From positions 39,537 to 103,536 of the forward strand of contig CAZBLV010000010.1 in assembly GCA_964493085.1 (NCBI GenBank): DNA of 64,000 bases. Direction: 5' to 3'. The notes beneath the pieces are model-generated. The model saw nothing but the letters and a program-made list of their open reading frames with translations. It made no database searches and was not told the origin of the DNA. Each line of letters starts with the position of its first letter. Positions within the stretch are counted from its first letter, which is position 1. A program made the translations under genes and the position numbers. Positions 8,375 to 17,916 of the stretch are shown here, one piece after another. This DNA is from an uncultured Candidatus Saccharibacteria bacterium (lineage in GTDB: Bacteria > Patescibacteriota > Minisyncoccia > Minisyncoccales > GWA2-38-27).

Positions 8375-8877
8375 ACTTTTTTTATAATAAGTTTTTTAGT
8401 TATAAGAGCTGAAATACCTCCTACAATCATTCCTGCCAATATATCAACAGGCCAATGTATGCCGACAAAAACTCTAGCTAAACCTATAAGCAGGGCTCCG
8501 GAAAAGAAAAGAGCGCCTGCATTTTCGCTCTTGTAGAAAAGAAAAAAAGCAATGGCAAAATAGAAAGCAGCGTGCCCCGAGGGAAAAGATGAGTTGTCCG
8601 GGGCTTTTAAAATCTGATTAACTTCCCCGGCCTGAAAAGGCCTGGGTTTTGGCAAAAGCCAATAAATAATATTGGTAAAAACAAATCTCGACAAAAAAGC
8701 GGACACCAAAGCCCCAATAACTGCTTTCCAAAACTTGCGAAACCTTAAGAGGAACATCAAAAAAAGGGCCGCAATTAGAAAATACCCCAAATAGCCAGCT
8801 AGAAAAACGCCCAAAGAATCCAATACTTTCCATTTACCCGCCGAATCGTTAATTAGCTCGAAAAGATAAGAATTCAT
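8371..8877 (-). CDS. PAP2-family phosphatase (undecaprenyl-diphosphatase BcrC-like)
   Basis: PRPF, SFPSGHA and ARVFVGIHWPVDI motifs; hydrophobic segments. Confidence 0.9.
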   Translation of the reverse strand: MNSYLFELINDSAGKWKVLDSLGVFLAGYLGYFLIAALFLMFLLRFRKFWKAVIGALVSAFLSRFVFTNIIYWLLPKPRPFQAGEVNQILKAPDNSSFPSGHAAFYFAIAFFLFYKSENAGALFFSGALLIGLARVFVGIHWPVDILAGMIVGGISALITKKLIIKKV

Positions 8878-9683
8878 TATTGATTAAGCTTTAAAAGATT
8901 TTCTAAAAGGCAAGCCACAGTCAAAGGGCCCAATCCTCCGGGAACAGGAGTAATATAGCTGGCCTTTTCTGCCACCTCCTTAAAGGCTACGTCTCCTGCT
9001 AACTGGCCTTGCTCTAAAGAAGTGCCAGCGTCAATAACTACTGCCCCCTCTTTAACATTTTTTCCTTTAATTATGTTGGGCTTTCCTACGCCGGAAATTA
9101 TTATATCAGCCTTTGTTAAAAGATTTTTTGAATTTTCTCCGTTTTCTCTAACTATGAAGTAATCCGCCCCCTTTCTTTCCAGCCAGGCAGCCAAGGGCCT
9201 GCCTACCAGCCTTCCTTCTCCCACAAGCGCCACCTTTTTATTTTCTAAAAGAATATTATTCTCTTTAAAAAAATGGTTTACCGCCCCCACTACAGGCGGA
9301 AGAATCAAAGATCTTCCCGACTTAAAGGCTTCGAAAGCCTTCTTGGATAAAACATCCGGATCTTTTTTCTCGGGAATAGAGTTTAAGACTGCCTGGGAAT
9401 CAAACCGAGAAGGCAAAGGAAGCTGCACCACTGCTCCGCTGTTTCTTTCTGCTATTTTTTTAACTTCTTCTGACAATTTTTTCTGGCTTATCTCTTTAGT
9501 AAACTCAATCTTTTCCAGCTCTACTGACGCTAATTCGCAAGCTTTTTCTTTTTGCTTAATAAAGCTTCTGGAAGCAGGGCTCCCTCCGACAAGAACAATA
9601 GCCAAAGACAGCTTTTTCCCCTGTTCTTTTACCTTTTCCAGTATTCTCTTAGACAAAGTTTTTCCATCCAGTATTTCTGCCAT
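8877..9683 (-). CDS. folD: Methylenetetrahydrofolate dehydrogenase/cyclohydrolase
   Basis: ILDGK, VQLPLP, KDPD, VGRPLA, ITPVPGGLGPLTV. Confidence 0.95.
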   Translation of the reverse strand: MAEILDGKTLSKRILEKVKEQGKKLSLAIVLVGGSPASRSFIKQKEKACELASVELEKIEFTKEISQKKLSEEVKKIAERNSGAVVQLPLPSRFDSQAVLNSIPEKKDPDVLSKKAFEAFKSGRSLILPPVVGAVNHFFKENNILLENKKVALVGEGRLVGRPLAAWLERKGADYFIVRENGENSKNLLTKADIIISGVGKPNIIKGKNVKEGAVVIDAGTSLEQGQLAGDVAFKEVAEKASYITPVPGGLGPLTVACLLENLLKLNQ

Positions 9684-9688
9684 ATTAG

Positions 9689-10933
9689 TTAAGGAAGAGG
9701 AAATCTTTTACAAAAACTTTTCACTGCCTTTCTTGTTCTTGAAATATTTCTTTTGTCTGAAATCACTTCAGAAATCCAAAACGCTATTTTCTCCATTTCT
9801 TTTTCTTTCATCCCTCGGCTAGTAATGGCGGGCGTCCCGATCCGAAGGCCTGAAGGATTAAAGGGAGGGCTGGGATCAAAAGGTATTGCATTCTTATTGG
9901 TAGTAATGCCCGCTTTCTCAAGTCTTTCTTGGGCCTCTTTTCCAGAAATGTTTTTGCTCCTCAGGTCTATTAATAGCAAATGGTTGTCTGTTCCGCCTGT
10001 CACTAAATCAAACCCGTAGCCTACAAGCCCTTTACCCAATGCCTTGCAGTTTTTAACGATTTGTTTGGCATATTTGGCAAAAGCGGGAGAAGAAGCCTCT
10101 TTTAAGCAAACGGCAATGGCTGCAATAGCGTTCTCGTGGGGTCCGCCCTGAAGGCCGGGAAAAACTGCTTTGTTTATTTTTTTTGGCAAGTCCTTGTCTT
10201 TCCTTATTCCTTTTCTGGTAACCATTATCATCCCTCCCCTGGGCCCCCGAAGAGTTTTATGGGTAGTAGTGGTTACAATATGAACATAAGGGATAGGGCT
10301 TGGATGAGCTTTTCCTGCAACCAAGCCCGCGATATGGGCAATATCTGAAGCAAGATAAGCAGAAACAGAATCTGCTATTTTTCCTAATTTCTTCCAGTCA
10401 AAAACTCTTGGGTAGGCCGTTGCCCCGACCCAGATCAGTTTTGGCTTATACTTTTTCGCCAGTCTGGCAATCCGTTCATAGTCCAAAAGCAGAGATTTTT
10501 CATCTACCGTATACTGGACAGAGTTATAATATTTAGCAGAAAAATTGACTTTCCAGCCGTGGGTCAAGTGCCCTCCGTGAGCCAAATGCATGCCCATTAT
10601 TGTATCGCCCGGCCTGCAGGTGGCGAAATAAACTGCCTGGTTGGCAGGAGACCCGGAATAGGGCTGAACGTTTACGAAAGGAACTTTAAACAGCTTTTTT
10701 GCTCTTTCCCGGCAGAGGTCCTCTATTTTATCGTAATATTCAAGGCCCGCATAATACCTTTTGCCAGGATATCCTTCAGCATACTTGTCAGTCAGAAGAG
10801 AGCCGAGAACCTCCCTTACTTCGGGGGAGCTGTGGTTTTCAGAAGGTATCATTTCAAGAGAGGTTTTTTGCCTTTCTTTTTCTAGTTCTACTAATTTGGC
10901 AATTTGAGGGTCTTTTTTCTTAAGTTGCGCCAT
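9689..10933 (-). CDS. glyA: Serine hydroxymethyltransferase
   Basis: KYAEGYPGKRYY, GGHLTHG, TTTTHKTLRGPRGG, FPGLQGGP. Confidence 0.98.
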   Translation of the reverse strand: MAQLKKKDPQIAKLVELEKERQKTSLEMIPSENHSSPEVREVLGSLLTDKYAEGYPGKRYYAGLEYYDKIEDLCRERAKKLFKVPFVNVQPYSGSPANQAVYFATCRPGDTIMGMHLAHGGHLTHGWKVNFSAKYYNSVQYTVDEKSLLLDYERIARLAKKYKPKLIWVGATAYPRVFDWKKLGKIADSVSAYLASDIAHIAGLVAGKAHPSPIPYVHIVTTTTHKTLRGPRGGMIMVTRKGIRKDKDLPKKINKAVFPGLQGGPHENAIAAIAVCLKEASSPAFAKYAKQIVKNCKALGKGLVGYGFDLVTGGTDNHLLLIDLRSKNISGKEAQERLEKAGITTNKNAIPFDPSPPFNPSGLRIGTPAITSRGMKEKEMEKIAFWISEVISDKRNISRTRKAVKSFCKRFPLP

Positions 10934-11039
10934 TTTAAAAATGAATTTACTTTTATATACCTATAATATCACTATAATTCAAATTTTAAAACAGTTGCTT
11001 AAAACAGCTCCAAGCTAAACTGAAAAAACCTTCTTAATT

Positions 11040-11127
11040 TTGACTTTTTTATAAAATATCCTATGCTATAAAATAATAAGCGTACATTGACAACATAAAA
11101 CAAGGGCTAACAATTGCAGAAAGGAAG
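11040..11127 (+). promoter_or_regulatory. Promoter, boxA-like element and SD of membrane protein paralog 1
   Basis: TTGACT(11040)-N16-TATGCT, then GTACATTGACAA (11082-11093), then AAAGGAAG before ATG 11132. Confidence 0.6.
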
Positions 11128-11131
11128 AAAA

Positions 11132-11728
11132 ATGGAAAGGAAAAGAAGGCTCGCCCTGATGTGGAAGTGGTCTCTGCTGACAGGAGGGCTGATCGCCCTG
11201 TTCTGGCTGATCTGGTATTTTGTTGCAGGCAGCGTGCCTGTGTTCCAAAGCGTCAAGATAGCGCCTGAATTGACGCTGGATCTTCCTTTTGGAATTTCCC
11301 GATGGTGGGATGTTTTAATGGGTCCTCTTTGGTCTGTAGTTTTGATATTTCTTCTCACTGGTAACTTCTTTTCTCCGCAAGAAGACGATAAAGAAGACCT
11401 GGTTTTCGGGCTGGTTTCTGGCCTGGCCTTCGGACTGGTTTCTGGCCTGGCCTTCGGGCTGGGCTTTGGGATGGTTTCTGGGCTGGCTTTCGGGCTGGGC
11501 TTTGGGCTGGTCGCTGGATTGGCTATTTGGCTGTCGTTCGGAATAGACTTCGGATTGGGATTCGGGCTGGGCTTTGGGCTGGTTCACGGATTGGCTTTCG
11601 GGCTGGGCTTTGGGCTAGGTCTCGGGCTGGGCTTCGGACTGGTCGCTGAATTGATCATAGGAATAATTTTTGCCCTGGAGTGGCTCTTTTCGCCAAAAAA
11701 AAGAGATGGAACGGCTAATTGGCTTTGA
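11132..11728 (+). CDS. Membrane protein with an LxxG (glycine-zipper) repeat tract, paralog 1
   Basis: RRLALMWKWSLLTGGLIALFWLIW...ISRWWDVL.GP.WS is shared with the protein at 50619-51098; long GLxFG repeat region. Confidence 0.85.
   Translation: MERKRRLALMWKWSLLTGGLIALFWLIWYFVAGSVPVFQSVKIAPELTLDLPFGISRWWDVLMGPLWSVVLIFLLTGNFFSPQEDDKEDLVFGLVSGLAFGLVSGLAFGLGFGMVSGLAFGLGFGLVAGLAIWLSFGIDFGLGFGLGFGLVHGLAFGLGFGLGLGLGFGLVAELIIGIIFALEWLFSPKKRDGTANWL
11399..11650 (+). repeat. Degenerate 12-bp tandem repeat (units such as CTGGGCTTTGGG), about 20 units
   Basis: CTGGTTTCTGGC, CTGGCCTTCGGR and CTGGGCTTTGGG recur in frame. Confidence 0.85.
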
Positions 11729-11754
11729 ATGAAGAAAAATTAACTCATCTAAAA

Positions 11755-11790
11755 GCCTGTTCAATGAATGCTGAACAGGCCTCTTTTTTT
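11755..11790 (+). terminator. Intrinsic terminator
   Basis: GCCTGTTCA-N8-TGAACAGGC followed by a T tract. Confidence 0.8.
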
Positions 11791-11801
11791 GTCCAAAAGC
11801 G

Positions 11802-13178
11802 CTATTTTCTCCTTCTGATAATTTTTGGTTTGTCTTTGCTAAAATCAACAACGGTTGAGGGATTGCTGTAAGGCAGATTGCCGGCGGATAAAATCAAGGT
11901 CGGCCTTATTTCTCGGTCTTCGAAATATCTAAACACTTCTTCTATCCTAAGAGCAGAGGGGTGGCCCGAGATATTGGCCGAAGTGCCTGTCAAAGGTTTT
12001 TTAAACTTGTCCGCTATATCCCTGACTAATTTGCAGTCCGGAATCCTTAATCCTATGGTTTTCTTGCCAGCATAAATCTGCTTTGCTAAGCCAGTGTTCT
12101 TTTTTCTAATTAAGGCCACCGTTATTTTCCCAGGCCAAATCTCACCTAAAAACATTGTCATTTCTTTGTCCATCTTTGCATATTTTTTAGCAGCTTTCAT
12201 GTCTTTCACAAAAACAGATACTGCTTTTTTTCTGCTTCTTCCTTTTATCTTAAAAAGCTTTTCTACTGCCTCTTTGTTGGTGGCGTCAGCTAAAAGACCG
12301 TAAACGGTGTCTGTGGGGCAGACTACAACCTGGCCTCTCTTTAAATAATCCACCGCCTTGTCAACTGCTGCCGGAGATTTGGCAGAAACAACTTCAAACC
12401 TTCTGTTGCGCCAGAAAAGCTTTTTAAATTTTTTAAAGGATTTCAATAAATAAGAGACCTGGATTATGTCGGCCGGATTGCCAAAATCTACCCAAAAATC
12501 CTTTATTCTTTTAATCTTAACTTTTTTCTTTTTTGCCAGCAGGTTTATAGCATCTGTAATCTCATATTCTCCCCGGGGAGATTTTTTGATCTTGTTTAAT
12601 TTATCGAAAACTTCAGGAGTAAATTTATAAAGACCGGTATTGACCAGATGGCTTATAAATTTTTTCGGTTTCTCTACAATCTTTTTCAAAAATCCGTTTT
12701 CTTCCACCAAGACTCCGTATTTTTCCGGGTGCTTTCTCCAAGTTCCGGCAACAAAGCAATGCTTACCCTCCTTTCCCATTGCCCTTAGGTCGTCTACGGA
12801 GTAAAGATTATCCCCGCATAAATAAACAAATGACTTGTTCTTTAAGAGCTCTTTGGCACACATTAAAGGACAGGCTGTGCCGTATATCTTTTCTTTAGGA
12901 CCCAAAATATTGTATTGGCTTACCGTCTTTATCTTGTACTGGTTTTCTTTCAAGCTTTTAAGAGGTAGCTTGTATTTTTTTATAAAATCTTCGATAAGCT
13001 CTTCTTTGTATCCTGTCACCAGAAATATTTCCCGGTAGCCGGCCCAAAAAAGGTTATCCAGAAGATAAGCCAAAAAGGGTCTTTTTTTAACCCTTATCAA
13101 ATGTTTGCTTTTTTTGTTTGTCAGGTGCAGCATGCGGGTTCCTTCCCCGGCCGCTGCGATTACTGCTCTCTTGAGCAT
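11802..13178 (-). CDS. Fusion of a sugar-phosphate nucleotidyltransferase (N-terminal) and threonylcarbamoyl-AMP synthase TsaC/YrdC (C-terminal)
   Basis: N-part: AVIAAAGEGTRM..LT...K, IVEKP, SPRGEYEITDA. C-part: PTDTVYGL, KIKGR, WPGKIT, IGLRIPD, TSANISG, PSTVVD. Confidence 0.9.
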   Translation of the reverse strand: MLKRAVIAAAGEGTRMLHLTNKKSKHLIRVKKRPFLAYLLDNLFWAGYREIFLVTGYKEELIEDFIKKYKLPLKSLKENQYKIKTVSQYNILGPKEKIYGTACPLMCAKELLKNKSFVYLCGDNLYSVDDLRAMGKEGKHCFVAGTWRKHPEKYGVLVEENGFLKKIVEKPKKFISHLVNTGLYKFTPEVFDKLNKIKKSPRGEYEITDAINLLAKKKKVKIKRIKDFWVDFGNPADIIQVSYLLKSFKKFKKLFWRNRRFEVVSAKSPAAVDKAVDYLKRGQVVVCPTDTVYGLLADATNKEAVEKLFKIKGRSRKKAVSVFVKDMKAAKKYAKMDKEMTMFLGEIWPGKITVALIRKKNTGLAKQIYAGKKTIGLRIPDCKLVRDIADKFKKPLTGTSANISGHPSALRIEEVFRYFEDREIRPTLILSAGNLPYSNPSTVVDFSKDKPKIIRRRK

Positions 13179-13180
13179 AA

Positions 13181-13744
13181 TTACGAAGCAAGCTTAATGG
13201 CTTTTTTGTTGATTTCAGAATACTTTGGGGGAATTACGTTCAAAATTCCTTTTTCTATTGACTCTGGCCGAAGGGGAAGCAAATTGTTAAAGGCTGCGTA
13301 AGCTAAAAGATAGACTCCGCTGACTACTTCCTTGCCTAATTCTTTTTTACACAATTCTGATGCTGGAACTAAATAGAGGTTGTTTTTTGCAATTTCTTTT
13401 AACTTTTTTTCGGTTTTCTCTTTAGGCCAAGATCCCTCAAAGGCAAGATAGAAGTCATTGACTAAAAAAAGGGTGTCTTTGTTGGCGTAAGAAACAGTCC
13501 TTAAGCTCTCAAAGGCCTCTAAAGCTATTATTAAATCAGCTGTCTGCTGCTGAATAAGGGGGGAATCTACTTTGTCTCCGATCTTAATGTGGGTCTCTAC
13601 GCTTCCTCCCCTCTGCGACAAACCGTGGAGTTCTGAAGTTTTAACGTCAACTCCTTCCGCTAAAGCGGCTTCTGCTATCATCTTGGTCAAAGTAATTAAT
13701 CCCTGCCCACCTGTTCCCGAAATAATAATGTTAAAGTTTTTCAT
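13181..13744 (-). CDS. iorB: Indolepyruvate oxidoreductase beta subunit
   Basis: IISGTGGQG and SELHGLSQRGGSV; adjacent to iorA. Confidence 0.9.
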   Translation of the reverse strand: MKNFNIIISGTGGQGLITLTKMIAEAALAEGVDVKTSELHGLSQRGGSVETHIKIGDKVDSPLIQQQTADLIIALEAFESLRTVSYANKDTLFLVNDFYLAFEGSWPKEKTEKKLKEIAKNNLYLVPASELCKKELGKEVVSGVYLLAYAAFNNLLPLRPESIEKGILNVIPPKYSEINKKAIKLAS

Positions 13745-13745
13745 A

Positions 13746-15347
13746 TTAAATCTGAATGCAAGGCCTCTTGACTACAATAACAGAGGCTGTTTTCTTTTTA
13801 GCAAAATTTTTTATTGTTTTTTGCAATTCTTCAATCTGGGAAGGGTCTATTGTTCTTGTGTTTTTTACGCCACAGGCCTTAGCTACCTTCTCGATTTCGA
13901 TTTCTTCTGTAGCTTCTCCCATACCGGTTTTTCCCATGCCAGGGTTCGGCTGGTGGCCTGTCATAGCGGTAATTCTGTTATCCATAACAATGATTAAGGG
14001 ATCGGATTTGTTGAAAACAGAATTAACCAAAGCAGGAATGCCTGCATGAAAAAACGTAGAATCCCCTATAAAAGCTATTACTTTTTGGTTTGTGCTCTTC
14101 CCTATGCCATGCCCTATTCCGACAGAAGAACCCATGCAAAGAAGATAATCCTGAAGATTATGAGGCGGAAAGCCGGCCAGCATATAGCATCCGATGTCTC
14201 CTCCGTAAATTGCCCCCTTGGGAGCTGATTTTTTTACGGCAGAAAAAACAAGCCAGTAGGGACACCCCGGGCATAATCTTGGAAACCTTATCGGAAGATC
14301 CAGCTTTTTTTCCTTTGGGGAAGAATACTTTTTGCCTGAAAACTCGGCCAGAGCTTTTTCAGCCTTTTCAGGACTAAGTTCTCCGGTCACAGGAAGCAAG
14401 TCCTTTCCTGTCACTTCTACCTTCAAGTTCTTTGCTATTATTTTAACCTCTTTTTCAAGAAAAGGCTCCAGCTCTTCTACTATTAAAACCTTGTCCAAAC
14501 TTTTGACAAAATCTTTTATTTTCTTGGCAGGCAATGGATAGAAAAAACCAATCTTTAAAACAGGCGCCTCCAGTCCTATTCTCTTCATTGCTTCTTTGAC
14601 ATGCAAATAAGAAATCCCGGAAGTAATTATTCCTATTTTGCCGTTTCCTGAACTTTCTGAAAAATTAAGTTTGCTTTTTTCCGCCATCTCTTGTATCTTT
14701 TTCATCTTGTCTAAAAGCTCTTCTTTCATTTCCAGAACGCGGGGCGGCATGGTCACGAACTGGTTAAAATCCTTTACAAACTTGCCTTTCTTGGCCGGTT
14801 TTTTAGAGGCAACCCTGCCTATTTCTACGGGCATTCTCTGATGGGCCACTCTAGTGGTAGTTCTTACTATTACTGGAATTTTGAACCGCTCTGAAATTTC
14901 AAAAGCTTCTTTGATAAAATCCTTGGCTTCCTGGGCGTCAGAAGGCTCCAAGACAGGAACATGGGACAAATAAGCATAAGCTCTGGTATTCTGCTCTGAC
15001 TGGCCGGAGCTCCAGCAGGAAGGATCGTCTGCTACCAGAATAACCGTCGCTCCCTTAGCTCCGGTATAGGCAAAAGGATTCAGGGCTTCTACAGCAACAT
15101 TTACCCCAAAATGCTTCATTGAGACCAGGCATTTCAACCCTGAAAAACTGGCGCCAATGGCAGCCTCTAGGGCCACTTTTTCATTAGTAGAAAATTCAAA
15201 ATATATGCCGTGTTTTTCGGCTATTTTCCCGAAGATATCCCCTATTTCGGAACTGGGGGTTCCGGGATAAGCTGAAACAAAATCAACTCCCGCTTCCAGA
15301 GCTCCCTGAACTATTGCTTCGTTTCCTAGTAAGATTTCCTTTTTCAT
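13746..15347 (-). CDS. iorA: Indolepyruvate ferredoxin oxidoreductase alpha subunit (no C-terminal ferredoxin domain)
   Basis: LLGNEAI..GALEAG, YPGTPSSEI, NEKVALE, LCPGCP, GDIGCY, IGDSTFFHAG, DNRITAMTGHQP. Confidence 0.92.
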   Translation of the reverse strand: MKKEILLGNEAIVQGALEAGVDFVSAYPGTPSSEIGDIFGKIAEKHGIYFEFSTNEKVALEAAIGASFSGLKCLVSMKHFGVNVAVEALNPFAYTGAKGATVILVADDPSCWSSGQSEQNTRAYAYLSHVPVLEPSDAQEAKDFIKEAFEISERFKIPVIVRTTTRVAHQRMPVEIGRVASKKPAKKGKFVKDFNQFVTMPPRVLEMKEELLDKMKKIQEMAEKSKLNFSESSGNGKIGIITSGISYLHVKEAMKRIGLEAPVLKIGFFYPLPAKKIKDFVKSLDKVLIVEELEPFLEKEVKIIAKNLKVEVTGKDLLPVTGELSPEKAEKALAEFSGKKYSSPKEKKLDLPIRFPRLCPGCPYWLVFSAVKKSAPKGAIYGGDIGCYMLAGFPPHNLQDYLLCMGSSVGIGHGIGKSTNQKVIAFIGDSTFFHAGIPALVNSVFNKSDPLIIVMDNRITAMTGHQPNPGMGKTGMGEATEEIEIEKVAKACGVKNTRTIDPSQIEELQKTIKNFAKKKTASVIVVKRPCIQI

Positions 15348-15396
15348 GTATTTTGCATAATAACACTTTTAGGACAACAATAAAATATTGCTGCTT

Positions 15397-17793
15397 CTAA
15401 ACGACAATATTAATCAGCTTATTAGGAATAAAGAAAACTTTTTTAATTTTTTTCCCTTGTGTCAGCTTTTTTATTCTTTTAGAAGAAAACGCTCTTTCTT
15501 CTGCCTCTTTTTGGCTTATGTCCTTTTTAACTTCTATCTTGTCTCTAACTTTGCCGCTTATCTGAATAACCAGAGTTATTTGTTCCTCTTCTGTTAATTT
15601 TTGGTCATATTTTGGCCACTTTTGGCAGCAACAAAGACCCTTTGAGCCAGTTGCTTGCCAAAGCTCTTCTGTAATGTGGGGAGCAAAAGGAGAAAGAATT
15701 TTCAAGAATTCTTGGAAATCTTTTTTAGAGATTTCCTCTTCCTGGCAGACATTGACAAATTCCATTAAAGAACTGATCGCCGTGTTAAACTTCATGCTCT
15801 CAATGTCTTCTGAAACTTTTTTGATTGTCTTGTGAAGAGACTTTTTCACCTTTAAAGAAGACTCTTCTTTGACGCTGTCCCCTGTCTTCCAAGCCTTTCT
15901 CAAGAATCTTTTCGCCCCGATCAGGCCTTTGGTATCCCAGGGAATCATCTGCTCAAAGGGTCCCATAAACATTTCATAAATTCTTAAAGTGTCTGTTCCG
16001 TATTTTTTCCTTACGTCTTCTGGGTTTACAACGTTTCCCTTGGATTTTGACATTTTAATGCCTCCTTCCCCGAGAATTATGCCGTGAGAAGTCCTTTTGG
16101 CATAAGGTTCGGGCCCTATAGATTTTGGAATGGCTCCAATCTCCCATAAAAATTTAAATATGAAACGGGAATAAAGCAGATGAAGAGTAGTGTGTTCCAT
16201 TCCTCCGTTATACCAGTCAATCGGCATCCAATACTTAAGCAGATTGTTATCGGCAATCTTTTTATTGTTGCTTGGATCGCAGTAGCGGAGATAATACCAG
16301 TTAGACCCCGCCCAATTTGGCATAACGTCTGTTTCCCTGCGGGCTTCCCCTCCGCACAAAGGGCACTTGGCAGAAACCCAGTTCTTCGCTTTAGCTAAGG
16401 GCGATTCTCCTTCTTCTGTGGGCCTGTACTCTTTGACTTCTGGCAATTCCACAGGCAGATCTTTTTCCGGGACAGAAACCCAGCCGCACTTCTTGCAATA
16501 GATCATGGGAATAGGTTCTCCCCAATAGCGCTGGCGGGAAAAAATCCAGTCCCTTAATTTGTAACAAACAGACTTTTTTCCTAATCCTTTTTCAGAAAGC
16601 CAGTCGCTGATCTTAAGTGAGGCCTTTTCAGAATCGAGGCCGTCAAACTTTCCGGAATTAACAAGAGGTCCTGCTCCTTCATAGGCTTCTTTTTCGGGAT
16701 CTCCCCCCTTAATAACTTCCACAACAGGAAGACTGTGTTTCCGGGCGAAGTCTAAATCTCTTTGGTCATGGGCTGGAACCGCCATTATGGCGCCTGTGCC
16801 GTAGTTGATCAAAACATAGTCTGCAACAAAAATAGGAATCTTTTTTTTGTTAACAGGATTCTCTGCTTTCAGGCCCTTAAGCTCCACCCCGGTCTTCTCT
16901 TTGTCTTCAGCCAGTCTTTCCTTCTCGGGCTTTAGCTTGGTTTTTTCTGCGTAGTCTTTGACTTCTTTAAAGTTTTCTATTTTGTCTTTCAGTTTTTCTA
17001 TTAAAGGGTGCTCCGGAGCTAAAACCAAATAAGTGCATCCAAATAAGGTATCCGGCCTTGTAGTAAAAACATTGACAAAGGTGTCAGAAACAGAAAACTT
17101 AATTTCTGTCCCTTGGCTTTTCCCAATCCATTCTTTCTGCAAAACTTTCACTCTCTCCGGATAGTCCACCTTTTCCAGGTCTTTCAACAGTCTGTCTGCA
17201 TACTTGGTAATTTTCAGCAGCCATTGCTCTTTTTCTTTTTTAACCACTTGTTCCCCGCATCTTTCGCATTTACCGCCCGTTGCCTCTTCGTTAGCTAAGC
17301 CGATCTTGCAAGAAGGGCACCAGTTAATAGGTATCTTTCTCTTATAGGCCAATCCTTTTTTAAATAGCTGGACAAATATCCATTGGGTCCATTTATAGTA
17401 TTTAGGGTCAGAGGTATTTACCTCTCTTGCCCAGTCAAAAGAAAGCCCCAGTCTTTTTTGCTGTTCTTTAAATGTTTTTGTGTTTTTTTCAGTAACTTTT
17501 GCCGGATGAATTCCTGTCTTAACGGCATAGTTTTCAGTGGGAAGGCCGAAGGCGTCCCAGCCCATGGGAAAAAGAACATTAAATCCTTCCATTCTTTTCT
17601 TACGGCAGACAATATCCATTCCTACATAGCTTCTGCAGTGGCCGACATGAAGGCCGGATCCTGAAGGATAGGGAAATTCAACCAAAGCATAAAATTTGGG
17701 GTCTGGGGAATTGTCTTTAGCTCTGAAGCATTTCTCTTGTTCCCATTTTTTCTGCCATTTCCTTTCAATTATTTCGGGGTTGTATTCTTTCAT
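15397..17793 (-). CDS. leuS: Leucine-tRNA ligase
   Basis: FPYPSGSGLHVGH, GWDAFGLP, FTTRPDT, SRQRYWGEPIP, KMSKSKGN; likely start ATG 17793 (MKEYNP). Confidence 0.97.
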   Translation of the reverse strand: MKEYNPEIIERKWQKKWEQEKCFRAKDNSPDPKFYALVEFPYPSGSGLHVGHCRSYVGMDIVCRKKRMEGFNVLFPMGWDAFGLPTENYAVKTGIHPAKVTEKNTKTFKEQQKRLGLSFDWAREVNTSDPKYYKWTQWIFVQLFKKGLAYKRKIPINWCPSCKIGLANEEATGGKCERCGEQVVKKEKEQWLLKITKYADRLLKDLEKVDYPERVKVLQKEWIGKSQGTEIKFSVSDTFVNVFTTRPDTLFGCTYLVLAPEHPLIEKLKDKIENFKEVKDYAEKTKLKPEKERLAEDKEKTGVELKGLKAENPVNKKKIPIFVADYVLINYGTGAIMAVPAHDQRDLDFARKHSLPVVEVIKGGDPEKEAYEGAGPLVNSGKFDGLDSEKASLKISDWLSEKGLGKKSVCYKLRDWIFSRQRYWGEPIPMIYCKKCGWVSVPEKDLPVELPEVKEYRPTEEGESPLAKAKNWVSAKCPLCGGEARRETDVMPNWAGSNWYYLRYCDPSNNKKIADNNLLKYWMPIDWYNGGMEHTTLHLLYSRFIFKFLWEIGAIPKSIGPEPYAKRTSHGIILGEGGIKMSKSKGNVVNPEDVRKKYGTDTLRIYEMFMGPFEQMIPWDTKGLIGAKRFLRKAWKTGDSVKEESSLKVKKSLHKTIKKVSEDIESMKFNTAISSLMEFVNVCQEEEISKKDFQEFLKILSPFAPHITEELWQATGSKGLCCCQKWPKYDQKLTEEEQITLVIQISGKVRDKIEVKKDISQKEAEERAFSSKRIKKLTQGKKIKKVFFIPNKLINIVV

Positions 17794-17916
17794 ATAATAA
17801 TTGATGGTATCATATTTTAAATTATGAAAAAAGTTGTCCGATCGCAAAATGCCTGAAGCAGATGCTTTATTCTTGAAAAATGTGATTTTCTGCAAACTCA
17901 AGCAATCGTCTGGGTC

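Noticed and set aside
11399-11650. CRISPR array
   Set aside because: These are contiguous degenerate 12-bp coding repeats without spacers, and there are no cas genes in the window.
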